A stretch of 51,575 bases of DNA, the filler included, from Sphacelaria rigidula (lineage: Eukaryota): the NCBI GenBank assembly GCA_964200075.2. It is 4 parts of 4 records of this genome, joined end to end, with 100 filler letters (N's around TTAATTAATTAA, not from the genome) between each part and the next. Parts side by side here need not be neighbours in the genome. Positions count along the whole stretch, not along the records: positions 12,922 to 25,741 come from CAXNAA020003393.1; positions 25,842 to 38,659 come from CAXNAA020003394.1; 2 more parts are not named here. One strand, given 5' to 3'. Both the position numbers and the translations under genes were made by a program. Numbering within the stretch: the first letter of the stretch is position 1; each line of letters opens with the position of its first letter. This document shows, in pieces, positions 12,922 to 30,900 of the stretch. Under the pieces are notes generated by a model. The model was given only the letters and a program-made list of their open reading frames with translations. It ran no database searches and was not told where the DNA came from.

Positions 12922-14187
12922 GCTGCTGCCATCTGCACTGTTTCTACCCTCTCCGCCAACTTCGCTCGCCGAGGTACAGGGGGGAGGATTGAATTCGGCA
13001 CAAAGCAAATCAGCTAAATTCTACTACAGCATGAGCCGTCGAAACCGACTTTCAACCACCACAGATGTAGGAATGACCGGCGGGCACACAGTTTGCACAG
13101 GGCACAATGGCGCGTGCGATACCCTGTTCGAAAGCAGAGTGGACACACTGTAGTGAGACAGAATTACGGTTGGCTAAATGCACGTGCACAGAGTCACGGT
13201 TGACTACATGCACGAGGCGGAAGTTGGACGCAGTTCCGGCCAAATCGACGCGTGGTCGGGAAACCAACAAAGTGCGTCAACATGGCACTCACGCGGATGT
13301 AAACAAGCGGGAACAGGACCAAGGGTAGCTACAGCAAATCGCTCAGCAGCTACAAGCAGTTTACCACCGTAGGTGTAGATACGTATCATTAACACGCGAA
13401 GCGGGGGCAACGTACAGCAGTCTTCACTACCATTGTACAATACAACCGAGCCCAGAGTGAGCTAAGGCCCACGACAGTCAGAGTAGACCAGGGCGCTTCA
13501 CTAAATATAAGTAATAATGCAGAAAAAATAAAAGCGAGTTACTCACTACAGCTTGAGCAGCAAAACAAAACGCCGAGCAACACAAAGACTTCCTAACCAA
13601 GCAGAACAAGGTCCGTTTATCGACGCCAACTGTCATATGGAGTGGAAAGCTAATGCACTGGCTGGGGTCTCTCAGTATGAGTGCCAGGAGATACCATGGT
13701 GCCAACCCACCGAGCTCCCACCTGGGCAACTTCACACAGACCTAGCTATCCACCCTTGACTATCACAGAGTAGGTTAATCCATGTTCAGACTGTTGACTA
13801 GGAACTCACGTGTTTGGTTAGCATCATGTTTTATCTACAAGCCTCTCTTACTCAGCATAGCCGGGGCGCAGCCTTAGGAGCAGAGCGTAGTGATGGCCCA
13901 GGGTAGAGACCAAGGCAAGCCGGTAACTGATGAGATAGGACGACGCGGCCTGCCGCCGCGGCTGAACAACCCTAACTAATGACAGTAGCAGACGCGATAA
14001 CAACGCGTCACGGAATCCAAGGTCTACGAGCAGACCCGCACAGCGTATATCTTGCCACGCCTCTGAGCTTCATCACACTCTGCTCCCTGTTGTACCTCCC
14101 TGTTTTCCCCCCTTAACGTTTGCTAGGACGCCAAAGCAATTTGTGCTTCTTCGTTGATCGCTAGCATGCCGGAGCAGTTTGTGCTTC

Positions 14188-14550
14188 GAGTCATCCTACG
14201 ATAGGGGGGGGGGGTATTTTGGGCCATTTGTTGCTCGAAATTTCGAGTAAGATCGTCGTTGAAAGCAGCAACGATAGTTCGAACAAGCTTGTTGTGAATC
14301 AATAACGCTCATCCATACCCCCTGACACCGTTTGGAACCGAATACAAGCGCAACACAAGTGTGGAAGGATGTCTGACACAATTATGAGCCTCTTTTTCGT
14401 GCAACCAAATACGTCCCCCGACCCCCTCCCCACTCNNNNNNNNNNACACGCACCCCCAGCTGGCTGGGAGACGGCCTCGAACTCTACGCCCGCTCTTCTT
14501 TGCCCCACCCCCCCCCCCCCCCCCCCCCCCCCCCTATCGTAGGATGACTC
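14188..14550. mobile_element. MITE with perfect terminal inverted repeats (GAG...CTC termini; Sola2-like)
   Basis: Left end GAGTCATCCTACGATAGGGGGGGGGG; right end CCCCCCCCCCTATCGTAGGATGACTC (exact reverse complement). The 4-bp flanks CTTC / CCTC are a candidate TSD with one transition. No ORF; contains a 10-N gap. Confidence 0.85.
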
Positions 14551-14849
14551 CCTCCGCGTTTCGGAGCAGTTTTTTCTGCTCCTCGAAGCAGGCTACGCTC
14601 CCTTTCTTTTGAGATGTGGGAGTGGGTACAGGATTGTTGGTACGGGAGTGTTAGTTACGGGAGCGCTCCTTCAGGTATGCTTTATTAGCCGCTCATGACT
14701 TCACGAGTAAAGAAAAACCTTAGTTTTCGCTGCTTTGAAGATAAATCCTCGCAGCTGTAATAAAGGTTCGTCTGGGTGGGCTAGTGTCATGAAGACGCAT
14801 ACTTGCCTGTTGTCATGCCACTTCAGATCCGTTGTCGAGTCTGGTCATT

Positions 14850-16760
14850 CGCTTTCTTGTGCCAAGACTGCAGATCTGTTCAAAGTTGGTCGGGTACGAA
14901 TGTGAACCTGTAAAATTGCAGGGATGATACTGGCTTTGGTCGCTAAACACGACCAAAGCTCCCACCATCGATCACTACCTTCCGCTCCACCACTGCATCC
15001 CAGCAGAAAGAAGTCTAAGCATCGGTGAGGCATATTTGGGTTTGATTGAGTGAGTGTATACTGGAGTTCGAAACAAGTCAATCAAAAGAGAAGTTAAAAA
15101 GAACCATCGCGTGAAATACCTGTCTGATATTCGGACGCTGAGCCCGTGTGCGGCCTCTACAAACTGTACCAGCCTGACGGTTGTGTACTTGCGTCGTAAG
15201 CTTGTGCCCTGGGTTGCAAGCTGCATCCCTGCATTATACTACCGCCTGTTCTTCATTACACTCAGCACGAAAGTAGGGGGTTTTTTATGCCAGGCGGCAC
15301 GGGGGAGTGGAAGTTGGTGATGTCTACGTCGGTCAACGTCTGGAGGTTGCTCAGCATGCCCCGGTTGGTGTCGGCCACGTCGCGGAGTTTGAGTTTCAAG
15401 TTTGTATCAGACATGGGAATAGAAATGGAGACCCCCGCCCCTGGGTATGTGGAGCAGTGCCTTGTTTTCGTCCGAGAGCCAGCTGTTGATCTCCCGCTTC
15501 TCCTGCTGCATTTCTTCAGCCTTCTTTGTCCTGGTGGGGGCGGTGTTGGCCGCTCCCATTGCATGCATGAGTTGTTGGTTCTGTCCCCCTCCCCCGCCAC
15601 TGAGAAGCTGGAGGGGTTGGTGGACCTGGGATTGCGGCTGTGCTTGGTGGTATTGCTGTGGTTGGTGTTGATGGAGTTGTTGTACGTGGTGCTGGTCCGG
15701 CTGCGGTTTCTGATGGTGCTGCTGCGGCTGCTGCGGCTGCTGCGGCTGCGGCTGTTGGTGTTGGTGCTGCGGTTGGTGGTGCTGCTCGTGCTGCTGAGGT
15801 TGATGATGTTGCTGCTGCTGTCGCGGTTGATGAGGGTGATGTGGCTGCGACTGTTGGTGTTGGTGGTGCGGTAGTGGCCCTCCGATGGGTGGCGGCAGTG
15901 GAACGTTGGGTGCAAGCAGACGGGGCGGGTGTTTACTCTTCCCCCCGTCATGTGCTGTTGCTGTGCGGCGCTCGCCGGCTGCCGGTCGGCCCCGCCTTGG
16001 GCGGCCCCGCCTTGCGGTTGTGGTTGTCCGTACTGGAAAATATGTACCTGCTGTTCAAGGGTCAAGATTGCTTGGCTCTGCTGCTGCTGTCTGTGAAGGT
16101 TTTGCTGGTGTTGCTGTTCCATGTTGATGTTCGTTTTCACCTCTGCCGGCAGGATTCGAGCTAGAATGTCTGATGGCTGACTTGGGCCAGGTGGGGGTCC
16201 GAGTGTTGGTTGGGGGGGTGCAGGTGCGTCAGTGTTCAATTTGCCTGCACTACCCTGCGGGCAGGCGTGCTGGTTGACGGAGATAGGGTTGCTGTGCGTG
16301 CCTCCGGCTTGTGGTGCCGGGACTCGGCCTGGTTCCCGTCCTGCGGCCCTTCCCTCTTTTGCTCCTGCCGTTGCACGAGCTCCTGCTGTGCTGTGCTGGT
16401 GTTAGCCTTGGCTTCTCGAAGCTGCTCCTGCTGCTGCTGCTGCTGCTCCCGATGCTGATGTGTCGTTTTTTGTAAAAATCGATCAAGTGCCAGGGACTAC
16501 TGTGCTACTGAGACTGCTGACGTGTCGCTGTCTGGTCAATTGGTGTCGAGTGATACTGTCTGCTTCTTTGGTGCTCTTGCACCAGACCAGTCTCGCTCGC
16601 TTGAACCAACTCTGTGGCGTCTGCGCCTTGGACACGCGATCCCTTATATCGCGTTTCAACTTCAGCATACACCAAAGTACATCCCTTAAAATCCGTCATC
16701 CGCCAACATAAACCTCGTATTCAAACTGAATACACCCCTATGTGTGGGCACCATGGTTGG
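14850..16760 (-). pseudogene. Decayed, frameshifted Gln/Pro/His-rich ORF of unknown origin (possibly TE ORF1/gag-like or cargo)
   Basis: Minus-strand fragments in shifting frames: ORF 15262-16239, the upstream HQHREQQQQQQEQLREAK segment, and the downstream QLATQGTSLRRKY...RWFFLTSLLIDLF segment. CAG/CAC triplet runs; no recognisable domain; boundaries approximate. Confidence 0.35.
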
Positions 16761-18853
16761 AGTTGGCGCGTAGACTCCCTGGCACAGTGTGGAGAGCGAT
16801 GGCGTAGCAGAGGTACGTTCTCGGCCGATTGGTGGCCCAGATAAGGTATGATTGAAAACGAATTTCTAGATCAGGTATACCTCGGCGAAATGTGACCTAC
16901 AAAGGTAAGCGGTTTCTGGAGGCGAAATGTCCATTTCGCGTGGCCACATGTGTCGAGTAACATGTTTTTTATCCGTTTTTCGAGTCCCGGGTGCCAATGC
17001 CCCCCCCCCGAACGATGTGCGTGAAAAATCCGGAGCGAAAACGGTCAAAATGGCGTGTTAGGCTGTTTTCGCGTTTCTGGTCATTTTTCGTACCTTTTCT
17101 AGGCAAAAAACGAGAAGGTCCAACTTTTCTAGGCCATCGCCTTTTTTCATTCCGTGTGTGCTTTTCTTCGCCTCCATCACTGCCATGTGCTTACAGCTAC
17201 ACGTCGAGAGTGATCACCCTACTCAGGGATAGCAAGGGCTTAGTGGCAAGTTACTGCAGAAAGCATATCGGGTCTCGTGATGGGGTATTTCGGAACCGAA
17301 ACGATTACTCTATCAATCGACCGCTTTTCACTCTCAATCGTATCCTTCACTCTAAATCTCACGAAAACATTGTTTTGTGTCGGCGTGGCGAGAACATGTC
17401 TTGAAGAGTCAAGTACGACCTCTGGGCAAACATATTTACTTTCTTTGAACTCAAATATCGTCTCTTCGCGACAAGGGGCGATGCTCGGGGGAGGGAAAGG
17501 TGGACGACACTCAGAACTCAAAACAGAGTTGTCTGAAAAGAGGTGGTGGTGGGTGTGAAGAAAACAAAAAACTTCCTAATCTCAACAGAGGTTTTCTTTG
17601 TTGTGTCCGCCCCCCGTTGCTAGCAGCCCTCTTCGCAGAAGAACATGCTTTGACACAAACATCATGATATACGTCCAAAATCATTTCTTCGGTGGCAATT
17701 GCTGACCAGAGTAAGACGCGAATCCCTTTTCTCCCCCGCGCCCACAGAGAAAACCTACAATTCCCGCTTACTTTTGCCGTTCAAGAATAAGCGCTCTGAC
17801 TTCCGCCTCCACCAGACGTGAACTATTGGCACCAACAGAACAAAATCACTCGTTTCACCAGAACAAGAAGCACATCCTTCACCAAAAATACACGTATCTC
17901 TCACTCCTCACGCCCACCCCATCGCCTCACACACACCCACCTCTTCCGTTAACAAAGTATTGAACAAGCGTAACATTACGGAAACAAACCCCAGTCACCC
18001 TCCCCCCTCCCCTGGGCCCCCCCAACGTGCGCCCGTCCCACATCATGAGCAATTAGAGCCCCTGCGAATGCCACGAAGCATATTGCAATGGTGCAATCGC
18101 AAGGTACTGCTGTCAAAATCAACAGATAGCGGGGCTTTGTTGTGCTGCTGCTGATGATGTGCGGCGCCAGCAGCTCAGGGTCTCACAGTCAAAGTCACCA
18201 CAAAAGCCACGGACGAAAAAACAACCAAGAGATACAGGTCTCAATGGTGCGCCGCAGTACTATGGTGCACTCCATATCTTTCCGCTGAAGAACAAACGAC
18301 ACCTGCGTAGTGTACCCGTTCTTCTTTGTCCTACAAGAAAAAAAAACTAGAGCGACGATCACGCAACGAAGCTTTGCGGCAGCAAATGTGTCCGGGCATC
18401 CACATCCTGTCCAGCAGGACCACCATCGCCAAAAAGCCTACTTCGGTTATCGCTTTCTGCACGAGCGTGGGGGAGATAGTCGGTCGGTCGGTCGCCGTTC
18501 ACTTCTTAGGCCCGAATACACCCAACATCCCCACATTTTCTTCACCAAGCCAGTATGGCTCACTTTAACGTTTTTTCCTTCGGTTTCCTCCGCTCACACG
18601 CAATCATTTCCCAACATTGGTTGTCATGTCTCGTCTGCCGACGTCTCTGTAGAACCGTGCTGTCCACCAATGCCAAGGCAGAAGCCGGCAGACATCCCCC
18701 CGCCAGGTTAAACATGCGTGTCCACCCCTTGGAAGTGCAGGCAGCGTGTTCTTACTGATGACATTTGTTCGTCCACTCCCCCCCCCCCCCCCCCCCCCCA
18801 ACCCCTCATCGCCCTCCAGCCGGTAACCCTGCGGACGAGGGACGGGTGCGATT

Positions 18854-24904
<6,051 letters not shown>

Positions 24905-24989
24905 CTAGTGCATTTCAACACCGAACGAAGCCAAACAAGCGGACGGAAAAAGTATATAAATAGATAATCTTATGTTCAGCAGGAATTGA

Positions 24990-25262
24990 GATTTCTTACA
25001 CAACTTACACAACTGTCGGGTACCGCCATGAAGTCATACAGAACCCGTCGGGTACAGGAATGGAGGTCGTACAGGAATCCTTACCCGCAAACGGGCATTA
25101 TACAAGAGTTGTCATGTACCCCAGATGACAGTAAAAATCTTGTACAGAGTACAAACTGTAGGGTACTGATATGGAAGGCTTGCATAGCTTACGGAATTGT
25201 CGGGGACGGATATGGAAAGCTTGCAAAAACCACAAAAGTCTCAGGTACAGTAGGTGGCCCTG
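24990..25262. repeat. Degenerate tandem-repeat tract (gtcgggtac..atg.a.gtc.taca motif) ending in CCCTG; probable non-autonomous TE remnant
   Basis: Recurring motifs aactgtcgggtaccgccatgaagtcataca, cgtcgggtacaggaatggaggtcgtaca, ctgtagggtactgatatggaagg, ttgtcggggacggatatggaaag. Confidence 0.5.
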
Positions 25263-25741
25263 TATAGTGCGGGTTATAGAGTGCACCTGCCTGGTTTGAC
25301 GCGGCTGAAATCGCTCGTCACAGACAGAACCCGGTTTAGTGCGGGTGCCGCACTATAAGGGGTACCGTCCATTTTAGTGCGTATTTGGATCATTGTGAGA
25401 CCTACACAGTGCGGGGTCCCCGGCTGCAAAGGCTGTACACGCACAGTTCACACGTCTTCTCCGCAGATACAGCAGTACAGTCCTGCTGTACCCCTATCAG
25501 ACACCCAGAGCAACAGCAACCATATACTGTACAGTATACTGCTGTACTGTATCCCTACCATGCACAACAGAGCTGTAGATTGTTTCCGTCTTCGTCGTTC
25601 GTTTTTGACACATTTTCTTCTTCGTGTCATGTGGGGTTGCTGGGGTGCATGTTACCACGGGCTAGTTTTGCGCAGACAAAATAGTACTTTCGCGAACACT
25701 GCTGAATGAAGAAGATATCTTGGTTGGAGTACAGTACGTAC

Positions 25742-25841
25742 NNNNNNNNNNNNNNNNNNNNNNNNNNNNNNNNNNNNNNNNNNNNTTAATTAATTAANNN
25801 NNNNNNNNNNNNNNNNNNNNNNNNNNNNNNNNNNNNNNNNN
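25742..25841. other. Artificial assembly spacer (N44-TTAATTAATTAA-N44)
   Basis: 100 nt, same linker as the other spacers. Confidence 0.98.
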
Positions 25842-27160
25842 CTGCGTACAGTATGGAATCTATTGTCTGATGCAATTAGACAATAGATTCCATACTGTAC
25901 GCAGTACATTTTTCGACCGTGTATTCTATCGTCCAGGGTATGCATTTTTGTCGAGTCGGGTCCAAGCGAATTTTGAAGCCCTCGATCGAAAAAAGACAGG
26001 GAAATTCGTGAAACGGTACATGGTCACTCGTATGCAGCAGTGCAGACAGTCTGTACCGTCTGCACTGCTTGCAAGCAGTGTGTCTTGAGTGCGTGTGTGC
26101 GTGTTTGTACAGTAGGATTCCGAAGAGGAGCGGGCAACGTGCAGTGCAGACAGTCCAGTACTATCAGTCCTCTCTGCTTACAGTGCGACGTGAACAGGAT
26201 TTGAACAACGGGCAGCTTTGTACTCCCTGCATTGTCCATGAGCGTGTACGCAACTCCGTTGCCCACCGTACCACGCGGTTCCGTCGCTGATTCTACCATG
26301 GAAGAAGATGCGCAAGTTTTCGCCAACGAAAACAAACAAAGCGTACCCAACTACTGCAGTGTATGGATCTCTGTGCTCAACTCATACTCGATGGTGCATA
26401 GTTGCGGTGGTAGCTGAGAATGAGTTGGATGGAGTTAGCATGGTTCTTCGAATGGGTGTTATCTGGCGTGGTGATCTGTAAGATAATGAGAGTCAAGGGC
26501 CGCTTCGTGCTTTTCGACCGCCTGTTTACGATCGAAAAAGCTCAGCTTTGTTGTTTTGTACTTGGTCTCTGCGCACCACTATCATTACACATCAGTTGAA
26601 TCCTTCTGAGAACAAAAATGCGGTGAACCTATCAATTCGAGGAAAACACACGACCGCACTTCAGACTACATAATAATATCTTCATTTGGATTGATCCAGA
26701 CACAAGAATCAGGGGGAATCTGGGTAGGAATATATTACAACTTGTAAAATCAAGACGTACCTGCTCCGACAACTTCTGGCCTGTGCTTAAGTTGGGATCA
26801 GCTGCTGCACCATGGGGAGTGCATCGCGTCCGGTAATTATCAGGTATACCCCCGGTATTAACCGAGGTATCCCATACCATGGTACGCGTGGGTATCGTAG
26901 GTATGAGTTTCGATAATAACTGATGGAGCGGGTGCCGTAGGTATTGAAACCTCGAAGTACCGTGGTATCGTAGGTACGACGTCTGAAAATACCTGATCAA
27001 GCGAGTACTGGAGTTACTGAAATTTCGAAATACGTGGTATCGTGGGTATTGGAGATATGGCATTTGGAAATAATACCCGATTGGACCAGTATCGGTCGGG
27101 TATAAGATGTGCCAAATACCGGTACCAGTTACCTACCTTACCTACGATGCGTGTGCAATC

Positions 27161-27771
27161 TACCCGGAGTTTGAGTAAAGTATTTAAGGTCATACTCTAT
27201 CTACCCATAATTTGGGTATAGCATTAAGGTTATACTCAAGTAATGCTCTTTTACTCGAGTATTACTGAGAGTACTTACCCAATGATGGGCAGAGTGTTTG
27301 AGGTCGTACACAGTTTACCCAACATCTGGGTAGAGCATTGAAGGTAATATCTAAGTAATACTAATATACTCGACTATTACAGAGAGTACTTACCGAATGT
27401 TGGATAGAGTATTCAAGGTCATACTCTGTTCACCCAAAAATTGGGTAGAGCTTTGAGGTCATACAGAAGTGATACTCTGTACTCGAGTAGAGTACTTACC
27501 CAGTGTGTGGGTAGAGTGTTTGAGGTCGCACTCAATCTACCCAATTTTTGGGCAGGATATTTGAAGTCATACGCAATCCACCCAAAAATTGGAAATAATA
27601 TTGAGGTCGTACCCGAGTAATACTCTATACCCAGGTGTTGCTAAAAGGGCTTACCCAATATTGGGTAGAGTATTTGATGTCGTGCCCAATTTACCCAAGC
27701 GTTGGGTAGATTAAATACCCGGGTATTTTACCCGAGTACTCAAAAATACATACCCTACCCGACCTGCCCTG
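27161..27771. repeat. Higher-order minisatellite built from palindromic TACCCAA-N2-3-TTGGGTA units
   Basis: Palindromes start at 27161, 27202, 27276, 27316, 27391, 27431, 27497, 27538, 27579, 27652 and 27692. Spacings alternate ~40 and ~66-75 bp (higher-order period ~114). Each is followed by a gagtatttgaggtcatac-like block. Confidence 0.85.
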
Positions 27772-27965
27772 GAAGAGTTCATCATATTTTCAACTCTGAA
27801 ATTTCGTGCAAATTATATGTTGCTTTGGCTGCGTCCGCGCTCTACCGTACCCTCGTAAATTTTGCGTGTGAGAGCAGTGACCAAACTCTGACCCCGATGC
27901 AGTTGTGCCCAACCCATACTCGACTGCGCGTTGTCGTTTCTTCGTTCGCCGATGTGTCGCTACAG

Positions 27966-30900
27966 AAAGAAACACGTTCGGCGGTTGGAAGAAAAGCACC
28001 GCGTGGAAAACCAGCTTCCGCCTGCCCGATGTCCACCCACTGGTCCAGGACGGCAGGATTCTCGTGAGGGCTCCAGACCTCTCCCGCGGCGAATGTCCCC
28101 CGCAGCCGCCCCTGCGGCAGAATTCCCACCGAGACCGCCTCTGCCGCCGCTGCTGCTGCTGACACTTGCTACGGCTGATGAAGGGTTGCCATCCGCACCG
28201 CCGCCTCCGCCCGTCTCTCCCGCAGCACCCAAATCGGGATTGAAGTCGCTGGTTCCGCCGCAACGATTGGGATATCCAGGCTTGGATGGCGTCATCGACG
28301 AGTCGCGCGAGGAGCGGTTGGTCGGCCGATCAGCGCTCGACAAGACGCCAGTCGTCCATGCAGTTGACAGGAACAGAACTGGAGAGAATGCGACAAAACT
28401 AGCGGCGGTTTGGCGAGGGCACACAGCACGGGCCCGCCTGAGCAAGCTGAAGGCGGCGGTGCACTTGGTCGAACTGTGGTGGTGTGGGGTGGTGAGCCGA
28501 AGAGCCGCGGCAAGGAGAGTTTCGGCGGCGATTCATATCGCGGCGGCTTGGCGGGGGCTGGCCTGCAGGAGAAAATGGTGCACCGCAAGGTCAGCATGAT
28601 GTTTTCGTCGTAGGTTCTTCATCTGATGATGGCATCGAGCTGGTCTTTCGGGCATGGACGTTTTCTTGATGTTTCGGGGCGTAGATGAGTTGGCACGCTG
28701 ACACTAGACGCTTGAAGGGCACGTCAAACACAGGGGACTATAGAACCGCCGACACACGTCCGCGTTCATGTATTGGACTTTTCCCTGACAGCTACACAGG
28801 TGTCAACGCTGTACAGCGCAATTTGTTACTCATATCCTACCGCAGTTGGTACACGTGCGAGCTGGTTTGATCAGGTTATGTTCCAACAGGGCCTTGGGAA
28901 GACTCGAGGTGCATGTACGTTTCTACGGACATCTGTTTTTTTTTTTCTCGCCGAAATCTTTGACGCACACGCCAATCAAGTACGTATTTGTTCGAAGTAC
29001 CCCACCCCCGCCACCCCGCACCCCCGACCTCACCTCTGCTCCCGGGCTTGTGTTTCTGGTGACAATGCATCTGACCCAAGGCGGGGAATCGTCGCGCTCC
29101 AAGCCATATGCAGGGGCAAGGCCGCTCGCGCTCTTGCCCGCGAGGCGAAGGCAGACTCCGAGGGACAGCTGTGTGGGAGCAAGAGCAACGGCCCCCTACC
29201 GGTGCCGGCACGGGATGGTGGAGGCGGCACGGTGCTATCGAAGAGTGCTGGGCTATCTGTCGGCCCAAGCAAGAGGGAGGCGAGGAAAGCGGCAAGGGCC
29301 ACCAAAGCTCCCACCAGCCGGCAGACGGCGAGGCAGGGCCGCAAGTGCAGGAAAGCGGCCGCCCAGAGGGTGTTGGCAGCGACCGAAGGGCCGTTGGCAA
29401 AGATTGGCGCTGTTCGAGAATCTGCAGTCATGGGAACTGCTGGGGAGGAATCAGGGGTGATGCAGACGGAGAAAGCGACAGCTGGGGCGGCTTCAGCGGC
29501 AAGGGTGTCGACGAAAAAGCTGACGCGGTCTACCGTCAAGGGTGACGATGCCGACGGCGGCAAGAGAGGGGCAGCTGCTGCTGGCCCGAGTTGGCAGAGC
29601 TTGCTGAGCAAGCTGCAGACGAGGAAGGGCATCGGCGCGGCCGATGGGTCAGAGCTACCGCCGACCAAGCAGTTGCCTCCTCGAGGCATCGTGAATACCG
29701 GTAACAATTGTTACCGAACTGCAGTGCTCCAGGCGATGTTGGCATCGGTGCCGTTTAGAAGGCGAGCAATTTTTTCTTCTGGGTTTTTGGGAGTTGTTTG
29801 TCGACCAAGGTAGACTCCCGTCGTGCTAATTTGCGGTTTCGTGTGCAAGGTATCCAACGATAACTGAATGGTGCTCGATCGGTCCTGTTTTTTTATTCAG
29901 TTGTTTGGCTGGTTGATTGTCGCACTTCGACTGATGTCCGAGGGACTCGGCTGAAGTCCCAAGGTCGACCCTATTGCGCGATAATGTCACCGACCAGACA
30001 AGATACCCGCGCCCCTCCCCATCCAGACACCCTAATACATCATTGCGCGGTCGGTCCATCTCGAGGACACCAGTCATCTCCGAGCTCTCTTCGCTAGTCG
30101 TGAGCATCAATCAGAAAATATAACGAGGCCCTACCTACGACGCCAACACGCGTGTCTAGGCAAGTCGAACGAGCTCGCCCGTATCTGACGGGGCCCAAAG
30201 CGTGCGTGTCGAGGCATGCTCTTCGTGGCTGGCGGGCGTTTGCTGAGCTTACAGACGCGATAACTGGCCGGACGAAGCCGAAGGTCGTAGCCCAAGGTGA
30301 TGTTTGAGGCGATGAAGACGTGTTGCTTCCAGTCGACACTTGTTGTTTTTCGATTTGTTTCCTCCATGAACTTTTTTGTATGCGTTCATGCTTGCGCTTG
30401 TCAAGTCGTGTGTAGTATGTTGACTCATTCTCTCACCCTAGATGACATTTTCTACGGCTTACTGTGTTTGTGTATCTTTGTATGCCGTATTTCATCCACA
30501 CAGTCGGGTCTTTGATGACCCATAGTTCGGTCAAAACAAAGACAGGGTAGTGTTGCGAACACGATTCGAACGGCGACCTCGGTTACCAAAATAAAAACAA
30601 TAATCTTGTGCATCAAAACTGATCACCCCTTTAAGCTTTCACCCAGGACCACGTACCGCGGTGAAGTTGCCGTGTTTCAGTCCGACTTCTATCGCCCACA
30701 ACGTGCGAGCTACGGAGAAACTTCGAGAAGCAAGACCATGGTTCGACTCGTACTCGCACAATCGCTTCCTGACTGGTTTGACCGAAATCCAAATCGTCAA
30801 AGAAGCGATTTTATGGACGAAACACCGTACAAAACAAATTTGAAGAAGGAAACCAATACCAAAGTGAGCCTCGACATTCTTCACAAAGGCAACAGCTCGA

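Noticed and set aside
12922..12932. Minus-strand ATG GCA GCA GC running into the gap as the Cpn10 start
   Set aside because: It belongs to the next, unrelated contig; the match is coincidental.
13927..13970. CTGATGAG as a hammerhead ribozyme core (also at ~48532)
   Set aside because: No stem II closing onto a GAAA motif follows in either case.
15287..16164. Plus-strand Leu/Val- and Ala/Val-rich ORFs resembling membrane proteins
   Set aside because: Antisense shadows of the CAG/CAC triplet-rich minus-strand tract.
27161..27771. CRISPR-like palindromic repeats
   Set aside because: Intervening sequences are homologous to each other rather than unique spacers, the context is eukaryotic and no cas genes are present.
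30520..30843. Faint GIY-YIG/Penelope-like words (FGQNKDRVVLRTRFE...IVKEAIL)
   Set aside because: Stops in frame, spacing off and no RT nearby; too weak to call without a profile search.
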